Numbered from the stretch's first letter, positions 36,462-47,560 are shown. The stretch: DNA of 64,000 bases from an uncultured Verrucomicrobiae bacterium (GCA_963764165.1 CAVXRD010000001.1:768001-832000), one strand, 5' to 3'. Numbers and translations are program-made. The notes: a model not told the origin generated them from the letters alone.

Positions 36462-39400
36462 GTGAGAGATGGAAGTATTCGGCGGCATTGGTTGTAAATA
36501 TTGTCACGGAACTGGTTTCGTTGGCGAGCGTCGGCGCAATCGGCACTGGCAGCCACGTTGTGGGGGGTGCGAGATTCGTGGCGTAATACAGCGACAGGCC
36601 GCTTTGCGTTGGCCACGAAAGCGTCATCGCGCCATTTCCAGAATTCGCGGCGGACAGCGTGGCGCTCGACGCTGCGACATATTTGCCGCGCAGCGAACTT
36701 TCAATCGACTGACGTGTGGCGGCTGGCAGAAGCGAGTTGTAAAGTCGAACTTCCGCCAGGTCGCCGCTGAAATAGCCGAGCAGCGATTCAATGCTGCCTA
36801 ACGTTAAGTTTGGAACATTGAGCGCGTTCGTGCCACCCGTGCCGGTGGCCGCCAAGAATCCATCCACAAGCAATGCCAGCGCGCCTGTGCTTTGCGCGCG
36901 CTCGAAAGTCACGACATGCGGATTGCCATCATTGTAGCCGAAGGCGGAAGCAATCGAGACATCCGGATTTCCCGTGCCGGCGGCGATTTGGCCATCGGCG
37001 GTCAGGCTGATACCGAAGTCATTTCCGTAGCCGGGCTCCTGGCCGTTCAGCAAGCCCGCGCCCTGGTAATACCACGGGTTGTGGCCGAGTCCCTGCGTGC
37101 TTTGAAAAACCAGCATCGCCGTGAAATCGTTGGCGACGGGGCGCGCAAAGGTCAGGTCTGTGTATTGCGCGGCGATGAAACGCACGACCGGCGAGCCATT
37201 CATCGCGCCTGTCACATAAACAGGCTGGTAAGCCGCGTTCGTTTGGATGGCATTGCAGCCAAAGCCGCTGATATCCGGCCAATTGGAAACGGCGCTGCCG
37301 TTGACGGCGTTGGTGATGCGGTCGGCTTCGAACCACGCAACGAGCGTCCCCGCCAAGCTGACGCTGGCATAGACGGGAGCGGAGTTGGCGCTGACGTAAA
37401 TGGCGTTGGTGGCGGCGACAGTGTACCAATAGGTGGATCCCGGCGAGACATTCGTGTCAACAATCGGGCCGGCGGCTGCGCTGGCAATGGCCGAAAACGG
37501 CCCGCTGGCGCTGCCGCCGCGTGAAACAATGTAGCCGCTCGCGCCCGCCACATTCGACCAATTCACCGTCACGGAAACAGCGCTGGCGGAAGCAGTGACT
37601 TGCGAAGGCGCGGGAATCGCGTCGATGCCCCACTTGTCGGCCAGTGTGTTTTCCAGGCTGGTGAGCTGTGCGTTGGTGAAGACGCTGTTGTAAATACGAA
37701 TTTCCGCCATGTCGCCCGTCAGGAATCCGATCAGCGTTTGAATGCAGCCGATGGTCAGGACGGGCGGCGCGGTCAGGGATTCGGTCCCGCCCGTGGCGGA
37801 GGAAACAAGGACGCCATCGACGTAGAGCACAATATTCCCCGTGCCTTCCGTGCGCTCGAAAACGGCGAGGTGCGGGTTGCCGTCGTTGTTGCCGTTGCCG
37901 GAATAAATTGCCGTGTCCGGCTGTCCTGTGCCCGCGCAAATCTGGCCGTTTGTATTGAGGCTGGTGCCGAAGTCATTGATGACATTGGGAACTTCGCCGT
38001 TCACCAAGCCTTCGCCGTTGTAATACCAAGTGCTGGTGCCGGAGCCTTGTTTGCTGCGGAAGACAAACGCGATGGTGAAATCATCCTGCACAGGCCGCGC
38101 GAACGAAAGGTAGTTGCTGTTGGCGGAATTGAAATGCACCACTGGAAGCCCGCTGATTGCGTTGTCAAGCAAAGTGGGTCGGGCGCTGGCCGTGGGCTGG
38201 GTGGCGTTGTTCCCCTCCCCGCTCAAATCCGGCCAGTTGGAAATGCTCGCGCCATTGGCTAAATTGGTCAGCGAATCGGCGGCGAACCATGCCACCAAAT
38301 TGACCGGGCGCGCGGCGACCTCGCTTGAATACGCGCCGACGCCATCCGAATCCACCCCGGCGACGACATAATAATAGGTAACACCGTCAACTACATTTGC
38401 ATCCGTAAACTGCTCGGTGTCGATGGTGGCAATGATCGTGAAAGGCCCGCCGGAAGTTTGCGAACGCGCGACGATGTAGCCCGTGGCCGCGGGCGAAGAC
38501 GACCAATTCAACGCCACCGAGCTGCGGCCAATGCTCGCCGTGAGATTGGATGGCGCGGGAGGCGGCGCGGATTCGTCGGCGTAGAGCGCGGCGATTTCCA
38601 AATTGCCGAGAGCGCGGTCGAATATTTTTATTTCATCCAGATTGCCGGTGAAATAGCCGCTGCCGGTTTCGATGCGACCGAAATTAATCGAAGGCGGCCC
38701 GCTCAACGTGTTGGACGAGCCGGCGGCGCTGGCCTGCAAAACGCCGTCAACGTAGAGGCTCATCAGGCCGGTCGATTGCGCGCGGGTGGCGGCGCACAAG
38801 TGCCACGCACCGTCGTTGACTGCATTGGTGGAAAGCAGCGTCGTGTCCGGATCGCCAACGCCGAAGGCCAGTCGATTGCTGATGATCGAGGCGCCAAAAT
38901 CAGTGTTGCCCGCGCCCATCGAACCATCGACGAGGCCAAGGCCGTTGCGCCACGTTCCACTTCCGCCTGTCGCGGTAGTTTGGAACCAGAACACAAGGCT
39001 GAAGTCGTTGGTGACATCGCGATTGATGCGGACGAAGTTGTTCGAGCCGTTGAAGCTGAGGCAGCCGCCAAGTTTTCCATTCACATCCCAAAGCGCTGGG
39101 CCATTGATCGTGCCGTTGTCGCCATTGCCGGAGGAATCGTAAGCAATGCTGCCATTCGTTTCGTTGAGATTCCAATCGCCCGCGACATCGGTCGGAATGG
39201 TGAACGTATTCGCGATGAGAATTTGCGAATTGATGCCGACGTCGATGAATTGTCCGCCCGTGGTTTGATAGCACGAGACGGCCATGACGTTCGTGCCGTT
39301 GGGAATTATCGCGGCTTGCGCTTCCGCGCTCATCGCCAGCGGAATGTAAGTGGACGAATAGCCCGAAGCTTGCGCGGCCAAGACGCCGTTGATGTAAATC

Positions 39401-41511
39401 ACCACGTCTTCGTCGTGATAAACGCTGAAGGTGAGGTTGCTGATTTCCTGCGGCGTCAAATTGCCGGGATTGAACGTGCGGCGAAGCCAGATATATCCCG
39501 TCGTTGTCCACGACGTGTTGGGAGTAACGCCGGGATCGGTCGTGCCAAAGCCAGCGAGGCCGGTGCTCCAGGTGGAATCGTTGAAGTTTGTGGCGTACCA
39601 ATTCTGGGAAGCCGTGTTTGTGTTGATGGTGTACTTCCAAGTCTGCGGCGTCACCTGCGAAGTCGGGATAATAGTGGTCGTATTATAATATCCAGTAATC
39701 GCCTTTTCGTTCGAATACGCGATTTGCGCCGGGTCGGGTTTCACGACCGCGCGGTCATAAGTCAGCAGGCCGTCGCATTCGTTCTCGACGTCGGTGATTT
39801 GCGTGTAGATGGCGGCGTTCAGACCGCCCGCTTTGTAGGAAACCAATTCGTCGGAATATTCGTCGTAAAGCGGATTGATGTCCGCGCCGGTCGGCTCGTT
39901 GATGTAGGCGGGAGAGGCTTGGGAAGGATTCCACAAATGGCCTTGCACCAAGTTTCCGATGCCGCCGTATTCACCATCGACGTTCGCCTGGGTGGAACTG
40001 GTCGGATCGCCGGGCGGCGGGTAATTGTGGTTGTCATACACATTGCCCACTCCAAAATAAGCGCCGCCGCTGGCTTCGTTCACCAAGCGCGATGGATCAA
40101 GTGTGTTGACGACCCCCACCAAATAGGCCGTATTGGTCTGGCCGACGCCGTCGCCGCTCCCCTGCTCGCCTTGATCTTCGTTGAAGACATCCCACATGAT
40201 GATGCACGGGCTGTTGATGTGGTTGGTCACCAGCGCGCTGAGTTCCGCGGTGAATTGGACGGGGTCGACCGCTGGCGGATTGGCCGCGCCGGTGTAGGAA
40301 TTGCAGGTCGGCATGTCCTGCCAGATCATCAGGCCAATCACATCCGCCCAATAATACCAGCGCTGCCGTTCGACTTTTTCGTGCTTGCGGATCGTGTTGA
40401 AGCCGAGGGCTTTGGTTTCCTTAATGTCGAAGGCAAGCGCTTCGTCCGTCGGTGCGGTGTAAATGCCGTCCGGCCAATAGCCTTGGTCGAGCGGCCCCAT
40501 GCCGAATACGGGCTGATTATTCAGGTAAATCAGCGGGACGCCATTGACGAAGTTGGTCGAGATTTTGCGCATCCCGAAATAGCTCGAAAGCGTATCGTTG
40601 GTCACAGCGTTGTGAACGAGTGAAATTTGCAAGCTGTAAAGGAAAGGGTTGCTGGGCGACCACAATTGTTGATTCGTAATAGGGACATAGAACGCCGTCC
40701 CCGACGCCCCGCTGGCCGATCCGACCAGATTCGTGCCTGCATAGGCTTGCGCATTCACGGTAACGGCAGTCCCGCCGTACGGATGGACGGTGACAGCGAG
40801 CCGCGAGTGATCAATGTCCGGCACGAGCAGGATATCTTGCGCCCCTGCGGCATCGACAGGTTCCAGCCAAGCGGGTTGCCAGACGCCGCTGGAGGACGTG
40901 TACATGATGCCCCCCGGATAAAGCGTCTGTTTTCCGCGAGGCTGACCGCCATTGTCCTCGGGGCTGTAAACTCGGAGAATCAGCTCGTTCGTTCCACCAT
41001 TCAAATATCCGGTGATGTCGTAACTGAACGGATCGTAACCGCCTTTGTGCGTTCCAACATCCTTGCCGTTGACGTAAACCGTTGTCTGCCAAGTCACCGC
41101 GTCGAGGTGGAGGATGACATGTTGTCCCGGCCAATTCGTCGGGATGGTGAACGTCCGCCGGTACCACGACCAGGCAGAATACTGCATGACGCCGGAAATG
41201 GCCGACTCCATCGGAAAAGGCACGAGTATGCTCGACGCCAAAGTGTGATTTGTGGGAACCGGATCGGAACTGTTGGTGCCGGGCTGGAATTGCCATATTC
41301 CATTAAGATTCAGCCAATGGCTGCGCACGAGCTGGGGGCGCGGATATTCGGGCAGCGGCGTGTTGGTGTTGACCTGGCTGGTCCATTGGGTTGACAGGGG
41401 CGGTTGCAGCATCTGCCAAGCGTTCGCCCGAGGGGACGACAAGGCCACTCCGAGCGCGATCATCACAAGTGGCCATGCCAAACGGACGAACCGCGATTGC
41501 AGGGCTTTCAT
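36457..41511 (-). CDS. Secreted multimodular GH2 glycoside hydrolase with LamG and FN3 domains and a C-terminal sorting-like domain
   Basis: EYPRPQL, LNGIWQF, HKGGYDPF, GPLDQGYWPDG, IRKHEKVE, FNE (acid/base), GEYGG (nucleophile); then LamG, FN3, LamG-like, FN3, LamG-like modules. Confidence 0.9.
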   Translation of the reverse strand: MKALQSRFVRLAWPLVMIALGVALSSPRANAWQMLQPPLSTQWTSQVNTNTPLPEYPRPQLVRSHWLNLNGIWQFQPGTNSSDPVPTNHTLASSILVPFPMESAISGVMQYSAWSWYRRTFTIPTNWPGQHVILHLDAVTWQTTVYVNGKDVGTHKGGYDPFSYDITGYLNGGTNELILRVYSPEDNGGQPRGKQTLYPGGIMYTSSSGVWQPAWLEPVDAAGAQDILLVPDIDHSRLAVTVHPYGGTAVTVNAQAYAGTNLVGSASGASGTAFYVPITNQQLWSPSNPFLYSLQISLVHNAVTNDTLSSYFGMRKISTNFVNGVPLIYLNNQPVFGMGPLDQGYWPDGIYTAPTDEALAFDIKETKALGFNTIRKHEKVERQRWYYWADVIGLMIWQDMPTCNSYTGAANPPAVDPVQFTAELSALVTNHINSPCIIMWDVFNEDQGEQGSGDGVGQTNTAYLVGVVNTLDPSRLVNEASGGAYFGVGNVYDNHNYPPPGDPTSSTQANVDGEYGGIGNLVQGHLWNPSQASPAYINEPTGADINPLYDEYSDELVSYKAGGLNAAIYTQITDVENECDGLLTYDRAVVKPDPAQIAYSNEKAITGYYNTTTIIPTSQVTPQTWKYTINTNTASQNWYATNFNDSTWSTGLAGFGTTDPGVTPNTSWTTTGYIWLRRTFNPGNLTPQEISNLTFSVYHDEDVVIYINGVLAAQASGYSSTYIPLAMSAEAQAAIIPNGTNVMAVSCYQTTGGQFIDVGINSQILIANTFTIPTDVAGDWNLNETNGSIAYDSSGNGDNGTINGPALWDVNGKLGGCLSFNGSNNFVRINRDVTNDFSLVFWFQTTATGGSGTWRNGLGLVDGSMGAGNTDFGASIISNRLAFGVGDPDTTLLSTNAVNDGAWHLCAATRAQSTGLMSLYVDGVLQASAAGSSNTLSGPPSINFGRIETGSGYFTGNLDEIKIFDRALGNLEIAALYADESAPPPAPSNLTASIGRSSVALNWSSSPAATGYIVARSQTSGGPFTIIATIDTEQFTDANVVDGVTYYYVVAGVDSDGVGAYSSEVAARPVNLVAWFAADSLTNLANGASISNWPDLSGEGNNATQPTASARPTLLDNAISGLPVVHFNSANSNYLSFARPVQDDFTIAFVFRSKQGSGTSTWYYNGEGLVNGEVPNVINDFGTSLNTNGQICAGTGQPDTAIYSGNGNNDGNPHLAVFERTEGTGNIVLYVDGVLVSSATGGTESLTAPPVLTIGCIQTLIGFLTGDMAEIRIYNSVFTNAQLTSLENTLADKWGIDAIPAPSQVTASASAVSVTVNWSNVAGASGYIVSRGGSASGPFSAIASAAAGPIVDTNVSPGSTYWYTVAATNAIYVSANSAPVYASVSLAGTLVAWFEADRITNAVNGSAVSNWPDISGFGCNAIQTNAAYQPVYVTGAMNGSPVVRFIAAQYTDLTFARPVANDFTAMLVFQSTQGLGHNPWYYQGAGLLNGQEPGYGNDFGISLTADGQIAAGTGNPDVSIASAFGYNDGNPHVVTFERAQSTGALALLVDGFLAATGTGGTNALNVPNLTLGSIESLLGYFSGDLAEVRLYNSLLPAATRQSIESSLRGKYVAASSATLSAANSGNGAMTLSWPTQSGLSLYYATNLAPPTTWLPVPIAPTLANETSSVTIFTTNAAEYFHLSR

Positions 41512-41519
41512 TCTATGTT

Positions 41520-41568
41520 ACTTTATGTCCAACGCCCTCGAACGTCATGTGGCATGAATTGGCTACAG
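41520..41568 (-). promoter_or_regulatory. GH2 promoter: 25-bp operator overlapping -35 (ATGACG-N17-TAAAGT)
   Basis: ctgtagccaattcatgccacatgac on the coding strand at 41544-41568; -10 ends 8 nt before the ATG. Confidence 0.7.
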
Positions 41569-41607
41569 CCCGGGTGGGCACTGGCGGAAGGAGCGGAAAG
41601 TGAAACA

Positions 41608-41656
41608 CTGTGGCCACTTTATGCCACATGACGGTGCATGCATGCAGTGTTAGTTT
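41608..41656 (+). promoter_or_regulatory. Pilin-like gene promoter: same 25-bp operator overlapping -35 (ATGACG-N17-TAGTTT)
   Basis: ctgtggccactttatgccacatgac at 41608-41632. Confidence 0.7.
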
Positions 41657-41738
41657 GACTACACAGCACAAAAGGGACATCGGCTCGTCCGAGAAGTCGT
41701 CTTTTGGCACGCGGCAATGCCGCTTGGAAATTGATAAT

Positions 41739-42653
41739 ATGAACTCTAAACATCTGCCGAGAGCGATCAGAGCGGGATTCACGCTGATCGAACTCTTGGT
41801 CGTCATCGCGATCATCGCAATACTTGCAGCCCTCTTGCTCCCAGCCCTGGCCCATGCCAAAGCCGAAGCCAAGCAGACCAGTTGCATTAATAATTTTAAA
41901 CAAATGGGAACGGGTTTGGCCATGTATGTCGTTGATAACAAGGCTTATCCCGGGTGCTGGGCCGCAAACGAAAATACATATGGGTGGATCTCGCGGCTAC
42001 TCCCCCAAGTCGGCAATAATCGCGGTATTTTTTGTTGTCCAGCCGCGCCTTCTTCTTCCTTTTTGGATACCAATTTTAACAAAATGCTTGGGGGAACAAG
42101 TGTGGTCACTGGTCAATACGACGCCTACGCCGTACGCAATACGAGTCAATTCTCCGTCGGGATGAACGATTGGGGGTTGGGCCAAGCAACCGGGAATCTG
42201 GGCACTCCGGAATCAAATTTGGGTCTAGGGGGAGACATTGATGGCGGTGTCGCGCCAGCCCCAGTAAAAGACACCACAATTGTTGCTCCGGCCCAGATGA
42301 TCGCGCTTGGCGATACGCGTGCCATTCAAGGCGGCGGGTGGGAAGCAAATCTCGATCCGACCGATATGCCAAATAGCAGTCAAGGTCAGGACGGTGGTCA
42401 GGAGCCCGCCAATCGACATAGTTATAAGGCGGATATGGCATTTTGCGACGGTCATGTGGAAAAAGTCCAGCGCAACGACAAGGCCCCCGGTAATCCCGCC
42501 CCGCAGAACTTGATTGATGACACCCAAGGCAACATTTGGAGAGCCCGCTGGAATAACGACAACAAAGTCCACAACGAACTGCTCTGGCCCACAGTCGCAT
42601 CAACCGTCGGTATGGGTGCGCAGTCAATGTATCTCCTTGATCCCTCCTTTTAA
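41739..42653 (+). CDS. Prepilin-type N-methylation protein with H-X9-DG motif (DUF1559-like)
   Basis: [26 protein letters not shown]...[25 protein letters not shown]. Confidence 0.92.
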   Translation: MNSKHLPRAIRAGFTLIELLVVIAIIAILAALLLPALAHAKAEAKQTSCINNFKQMGTGLAMYVVDNKAYPGCWAANENTYGWISRLLPQVGNNRGIFCCPAAPSSSFLDTNFNKMLGGTSVVTGQYDAYAVRNTSQFSVGMNDWGLGQATGNLGTPESNLGLGGDIDGGVAPAPVKDTTIVAPAQMIALGDTRAIQGGGWEANLDPTDMPNSSQGQDGGQEPANRHSYKADMAFCDGHVEKVQRNDKAPGNPAPQNLIDDTQGNIWRARWNNDNKVHNELLWPTVASTVGMGAQSMYLLDPSF

Positions 42654-42685
42654 TTAACGCGGCTTCAATTTTCGCTGAAACCCAA

Positions 42686-42720
42686 CGGGCGGCTCCAACA
42701 ACGAGCCGCCCGATTTTCTT
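42686..42720 (+). terminator. Probable intrinsic terminator after the pilin-like gene
   Basis: cgggcggctc-caacaac-gagccgcccg followed by attttctt. Confidence 0.7.
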
Positions 42721-42814
42721 GTGGGTTCCTCGCTGTTTTGAGTGGAATGGGATGCTCCCTCTGATGCTTACACTGAAGGCCTTTCCGTAAATCCCGAAGG
42801 GAGAATGGCGCTTA

Positions 42815-43016
42815 CTCAGCCGGACCAATGCAATTGAGAAGGTAGCGCGGCCGTCTCGGTCGTCTCCAGTCGGCGTCCCGCTGACTGGCTCTGGCGGAAT
42901 ATGCGGGTCCACCTTTCGGTGATTTATCAAAAGCGCAAGGTGTCTTCGGCGGGACGCCGAAGACGGCGGTTGAGACGACCGCGCTCCCCGATTTCAACTG
43001 CATGGTTACGGCTTAG
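42815..43016. mobile_element. MITE-like element R3, copy C
   Basis: ctcagccggaccaatgcaattgag ... ttcaactgcatggttacggcttag. Confidence 0.75.
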
Positions 43017-43055
43017 TGCGCAAAACCCTACCGGATAGCCAGAGGTGATAAAGCC

Positions 43056-43091
43056 AAAGAAGCGACCGGAGCTTTTACACTCCGGCCGCTT
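43056..43091 (-). terminator. Probable intrinsic terminator after the LamG repeat gene
   Basis: Minus strand aagcggccggag-tgtaaaag-ctccggtcgctt followed by cttt. Confidence 0.6.
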
Positions 43092-43131
43092 GCGCAATTA
43101 CCTAACTTGATTCTCTAACTCGCCGCCATCC

Positions 43132-46100
43132 TTACGGGCTGACGAGCACTTTGAAGAATTGGGCGCTGCCGGTCGCCGCATTCGTGTAGGGCGACACTGC
43201 CGCGGAATTGGTCGTCCAAGGGCCGAGCAAGCTCGGAGCCTCCAGCAACGTTCCCGAAGCCCAAGTCAGAACCACATTGGATCCAGACTTGGCGATGCTG
43301 ATCGTCACCGGTCCAGCGACAGCGGTGCCGTCGTAGATGCCTTGGATCTGCGCGGCGGTCAGGGCTTCCGTGAAGATCGCCGCATCGGCCACGTAGCCCG
43401 AGAGCATGCGGGCGCCAGGGTAATCAGGCGCGCCGCCAATCCACGCATCGAGCTTATTACCAGCCGGAGCCGGGGTAATGGTGTTGAAGGCTTGAGCCAC
43501 ACCGTCGACGTAGAGCACGCCGTTGTTCTCCTCACCAACGACTCCGTTGTAGGTGTAAGCGACCATGTGCCAGTTCTGGTCATAGATGGTGGCCGGGTCG
43601 GTGGCATCCGCAGGCGGCGCGCCGTCGTTGGCGCCGGGTTCTCCGCTGCCGTTGATGCTAATGCGCCAGGACGTATCACCGTGGCCGAACAAGTCATCGA
43701 AGCCATTTTCCGCCGCCAAGTTCACCCAAGCCATCACAGTGATGGCGTTGGTGATGTTGAACGGCCCTTCAGGAATGTCGACATAGCCCGAGCTGCCGTC
43801 GAAGAGGACCGACAAGCTGTCGCCGCCGAAGAACCCATTGGTCGGCCCCGCTTGGCCGAGGTAGCAGCCGCCCACATAGGATCCGTTGTAACCGTGCGCG
43901 ACATCGTAAGCGATGGTGCCGCTGGTTTCGTTCAACGGCCAATATCCGAGCGGCCCAAGCGCCAGCACTGCCTTCTGATATTGCGTTGGCGCAACGACCG
44001 TCAGGACGACGGGCGCGCCGGGAGCTGTGCCGTAGGCATTGGAAATGACCACCGTGTAAGTGCCGGAATTGCCCAATTGCACATTGGGAATGGTCAGCGT
44101 TCCGTCTCCGCTCAGCGAGCTGATCGGCGTGGAGCCGCCATTATAGTACCAATAATAAACGGACGGCGAGCTGCCGGCGTTGGTGGCAGTAACGGTGAAA
44201 GTCGCGCCTTCCAGCAAGGTCACGTTTGTTTCGGTCTGCATTTCGTTCACCGGGCCGCTCGTCGGAACCGTGATCGCCGCGCTGGTGCCAACTGTTCCGT
44301 CCATGGTGGCGGAGATGGTCGCTGTTCCGGCATTCACCGCTGTCACGAGGCCGCTCGAACTGACCGTCAGCACGTTCGGATTGCTGCTGCTCCAGTTGGT
44401 AATGTCTCCGGTCACAGGAACGCCGGTCACTTGCGCGAAGTTCGCCACGGCCGAGGCCGGTTCGCTTTCACCGGGAATCAACTCGCTGTTCGTCACTGTC
44501 ACGGCGATGTTCAGCGGCGTGGTGTTCGTCACCAGGACACCCGGGCCAGCCGAGGCGCTGAGTGACAAATAGAGCGGCGACACCGCGCCATCCCAAATGC
44601 GGAACTCATAGATCGTTCCCGAGAACTGCGGGTCGCCGTACGTATCGTTTCCGAGCATGTCCTGCGTGGTGCCATTGGCGCCGCCGATGTTGGCGGGCAG
44701 ATAGCTCGAGTTCGGCAGCGTTGTGGAGGAGACGTTCGTGCCGCCTTCATAGAGCGACGCCACGAGGTTCGAAGCTGTCACCGTCAACACAGTATACTGT
44801 TCCGTTCCCACCGGGTAGAGAGTCGGTTGATACAGGTCATCTTCCCCGCCATTCGGGGTGAAGGCGGCGATCGGCAGGTTGCCGCCGCGGTTGGAGTAAG
44901 GGCAAAACTCGAAGTTAATGTTGCCGTTATCCGCGAAGTCCCAAATGGTCGCCCACAAGTTTTGCGAATTCATTGTCACCCAAGTTTCGATGGTCAACGA
45001 AGTGGTGTTCGTCAACAATCCGTTTGGCAGGGACACATATCCAGAAGTGCCGAATCCGCCGCCAGAGCCGGGGAGTTGCAATCCGTCGGAGATGGTTGGA
45101 GTAGAGCCGTTGTTGCCGGTCACGACGGTTCCATTGGCGCCGCCGACGGAGTCGGTCGCGTCACTGACGAAGCTGTAACGGTGCAGCAACTTCGCCTGCA
45201 CCACATTCAGCGTGGCGGTGACGTTGGTCGAACCACGGGAATTGGAAACGGTCAGAGTGTAAACGCCAGCTTGGGAGAGCTGAAGGTTCGTCAATACCAA
45301 TGTCGAATTCGTCGCGCCCGCAAGAGGCGTCGGACCGAGGCTCCATTGGTAGGAGAGGCCGCCGCCGAGCGCTGTCGCCGTCAAGGTCACATTGTCATCC
45401 ACCGCATACGTTCCACCGGAAGGAAGGGCCGTGAAGGAGGGCGGTGTATTGGCCACTGTAATGGTTGCGCTGGTGGCGGTCACGCCATTGACAGTCGCGC
45501 TTACAGTCGCGGATCCGCCGTTAACCGCCGTGATCAAACCACTGCTCGTGACAGTCAGCACAGTCGGGTTGCTGCTCACCCAATTCGTGGCGGAAGGAGT
45601 GAGATTCACACCTGAGACCTGAATCAGATTCGCGATGGCCTGGGCTTGCTGAGTCTGGGAACCGATCATTCCGTTCGTGCTCAGCGAGATCGTCAGGGAC
45701 TGCGGAACCGTGTTGGTGATCACCACGCTCGGGCCGGCTGCGGCCGCCGCGGCAACATAGTCGGGAGAAACTGCGCCGTTCCAGATGCGGAATTCATAGA
45801 CCGTGCCAGCGAACTGGTTGTCGCCATAAACGTCATTGCCAATGTTGTTTTCGTCCGTTCCCGCCGCGCCACCGATGCCGCCGGGCATATAGTTGGTGGA
45901 TGAGAGAACTTTGACTGCGTCGATATAACCGTTGGTGTAAATGTCGGCAGCCAGCGAGTAGTTATTGTAGGTCACAACAGTGTATTCATCCGTGCCATTC
46001 GGATAGGTCGTCGAGGTTTGGAGGTCTTCTTCGCCACCGTTCGGGGTGAAGGCGACTTCAATCTTCGTTCCATTGTTGGCCGGATAGGGGATCAACGCGA

Positions 46101-47424
46101 AATTTTGGTTGCCGTTATTGCCGAAGTCCCACAACTCCGCCCAAGTATTGCCTTGGGTCTGGGAGGCCCAGCACTCAACGGAGATCGAGGTCGTATCGGT
46201 CAGAATTCCCGACGGCAAATTGACGTATCCAGAGTACCCGTAACCTCCATGCGTATTGCCCGGCAGGATCAAACCGTTGTTGATCGAGGCAGCGTTGCCG
46301 CCGTTCGGGCCAACGAGGGTTCCATTGGCGCCGCTGACAGAATCCGTCGCATCGCTCACGAAACTGTAGCGATTTTGCAAGTATTGCGGAGTGACGGTGA
46401 TCTGCGCGCTGGTAGCGGTGATTCCGCCGACTGTGGCGCTGACGGTTGCCGTGCCAGGCGCGACACCGACAATTAATCCGCCGCTGTTGACTTGCAACAC
46501 CTTGGGATTGCTGGTGGTCCAGTTGGTTGCATCGCTGGTGGCCACGATGGGTGTGCTGCCGGAAGCCGCCATGGTGACTGTCACAGCCGCTTGCTCGGTG
46601 CCCGTGACAACGACACTCGGGCCCGCCGTCATGCTGGCGGACGTGGGTGTCAGGTTGGTAACAATTGTGCTCGGCCCGGCAATCGCCGCCGCACCGACGT
46701 AGCGTTCAGAGACCGCACCGTTCCAAATGCGGAATTCATACACCGTGCCTGAGTATTGCGAATCACCCCAAATGTCGTTGCCGAGAAAGTTATGGATGGT
46801 GCCAGCAGACCCACCGATCAAACCGGGTGTGTAACTCAGGTTCGGGTAGGTGTGAGTCGCAACGAGGTTTCCGTCGTCATACAGACTTCCCACCAGATTA
46901 TTCGTGTTAAACGTAAAGACAAAATATTCCTCTGACCCATTCGGCACGGAATAGGCCGAGTCCGTCTCCTGATTGTTATTGTTGGGCGAGAGCGCGACCT
47001 CCAGCTTGTTGCCATTGTTGGCGGGATAAGGAATCAGGGCAAAGTTTTCAGCCGTGACAGTGGAGAAGTCCCAGAGTTCCGCCCACGTATTTTGCGAATT
47101 CTGCGTCGCCCATATCTCAATGGTGACCGAGGCCGTATTGGTGAGGATGCCGGCCGGCAACGTCAAATAGCCGGACGTTCCGTAACCGCCGCCGGAGCCG
47201 GGGAGTTGAAGGCCGTTGGCAATGGTCGCCATTGAGCCGTTGTTGCCGGTGACAAGCGTTCCATTGGCGTTGCCAACGGAATCTGAGGCATCGCTTACGA
47301 AACTGTAACGATGCAAAAGTGTTTGGGCCGACATAAGGGACGGCATGGCGAGCAGCGGTAACGTTATAGCAGCTCGACAGACGCCCTTGCGCAGCAACGC
47401 AATTGTGTTCTGGTGTAATTTCAT
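43132..47424 (-). CDS. Large secreted non-catalytic protein with repeated LamG + Ig-like modules and a C-terminal sorting-like domain
   Basis: Three repeats starting (L)xRYSFVSDAxDSV.GANGT and ending YEFRIW.GAVS, each followed by a Big_2-like WxSSNPxVL module; Ig domains; a fourth LamG (GYWPLNETSG). Confidence 0.88.
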   Translation of the reverse strand: MKLHQNTIALLRKGVCRAAITLPLLAMPSLMSAQTLLHRYSFVSDASDSVGNANGTLVTGNNGSMATIANGLQLPGSGGGYGTSGYLTLPAGILTNTASVTIEIWATQNSQNTWAELWDFSTVTAENFALIPYPANNGNKLEVALSPNNNNQETDSAYSVPNGSEEYFVFTFNTNNLVGSLYDDGNLVATHTYPNLSYTPGLIGGSAGTIHNFLGNDIWGDSQYSGTVYEFRIWNGAVSERYVGAAAIAGPSTIVTNLTPTSASMTAGPSVVVTGTEQAAVTVTMAASGSTPIVATSDATNWTTSNPKVLQVNSGGLIVGVAPGTATVSATVGGITATSAQITVTPQYLQNRYSFVSDATDSVSGANGTLVGPNGGNAASINNGLILPGNTHGGYGYSGYVNLPSGILTDTTSISVECWASQTQGNTWAELWDFGNNGNQNFALIPYPANNGTKIEVAFTPNGGEEDLQTSTTYPNGTDEYTVVTYNNYSLAADIYTNGYIDAVKVLSSTNYMPGGIGGAAGTDENNIGNDVYGDNQFAGTVYEFRIWNGAVSPDYVAAAAAAGPSVVITNTVPQSLTISLSTNGMIGSQTQQAQAIANLIQVSGVNLTPSATNWVSSNPTVLTVTSSGLITAVNGGSATVSATVNGVTATSATITVANTPPSFTALPSGGTYAVDDNVTLTATALGGGLSYQWSLGPTPLAGATNSTLVLTNLQLSQAGVYTLTVSNSRGSTNVTATLNVVQAKLLHRYSFVSDATDSVGGANGTVVTGNNGSTPTISDGLQLPGSGGGFGTSGYVSLPNGLLTNTTSLTIETWVTMNSQNLWATIWDFADNGNINFEFCPYSNRGGNLPIAAFTPNGGEDDLYQPTLYPVGTEQYTVLTVTASNLVASLYEGGTNVSSTTLPNSSYLPANIGGANGTTQDMLGNDTYGDPQFSGTIYEFRIWDGAVSPLYLSLSASAGPGVLVTNTTPLNIAVTVTNSELIPGESEPASAVANFAQVTGVPVTGDITNWSSSNPNVLTVSSSGLVTAVNAGTATISATMDGTVGTSAAITVPTSGPVNEMQTETNVTLLEGATFTVTATNAGSSPSVYYWYYNGGSTPISSLSGDGTLTIPNVQLGNSGTYTVVISNAYGTAPGAPVVLTVVAPTQYQKAVLALGPLGYWPLNETSGTIAYDVAHGYNGSYVGGCYLGQAGPTNGFFGGDSLSVLFDGSSGYVDIPEGPFNITNAITVMAWVNLAAENGFDDLFGHGDTSWRISINGSGEPGANDGAPPADATDPATIYDQNWHMVAYTYNGVVGEENNGVLYVDGVAQAFNTITPAPAGNKLDAWIGGAPDYPGARMLSGYVADAAIFTEALTAAQIQGIYDGTAVAGPVTISIAKSGSNVVLTWASGTLLEAPSLLGPWTTNSAAVSPYTNAATGSAQFFKVLVSP

Positions 47425-47560
47425 GGAATATTCCAAGTGTTTTTTATTAACTACTGATATCAGGTCGTTAGTTCCCCTCCATTGTACCAGGCCGCAAAGG
47501 TTGGTCTTTGCAGACGAAGATGCCTTCGGCAACCGGTTTTTGACGGGTGAACATGGTGGC

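Noticed and set aside
38458..40623. 721-aa plus-strand ORF
   Set aside because: Antisense shadow of the GH2 gene, expected in GC-rich coding DNA.
41544..41632. Sigma54 promoter reading of the TGGC...GC operator
   Set aside because: GG to GC spacing is 11 rather than 12 on both strands; a sigma70-type -35/-10 fits all three copies.
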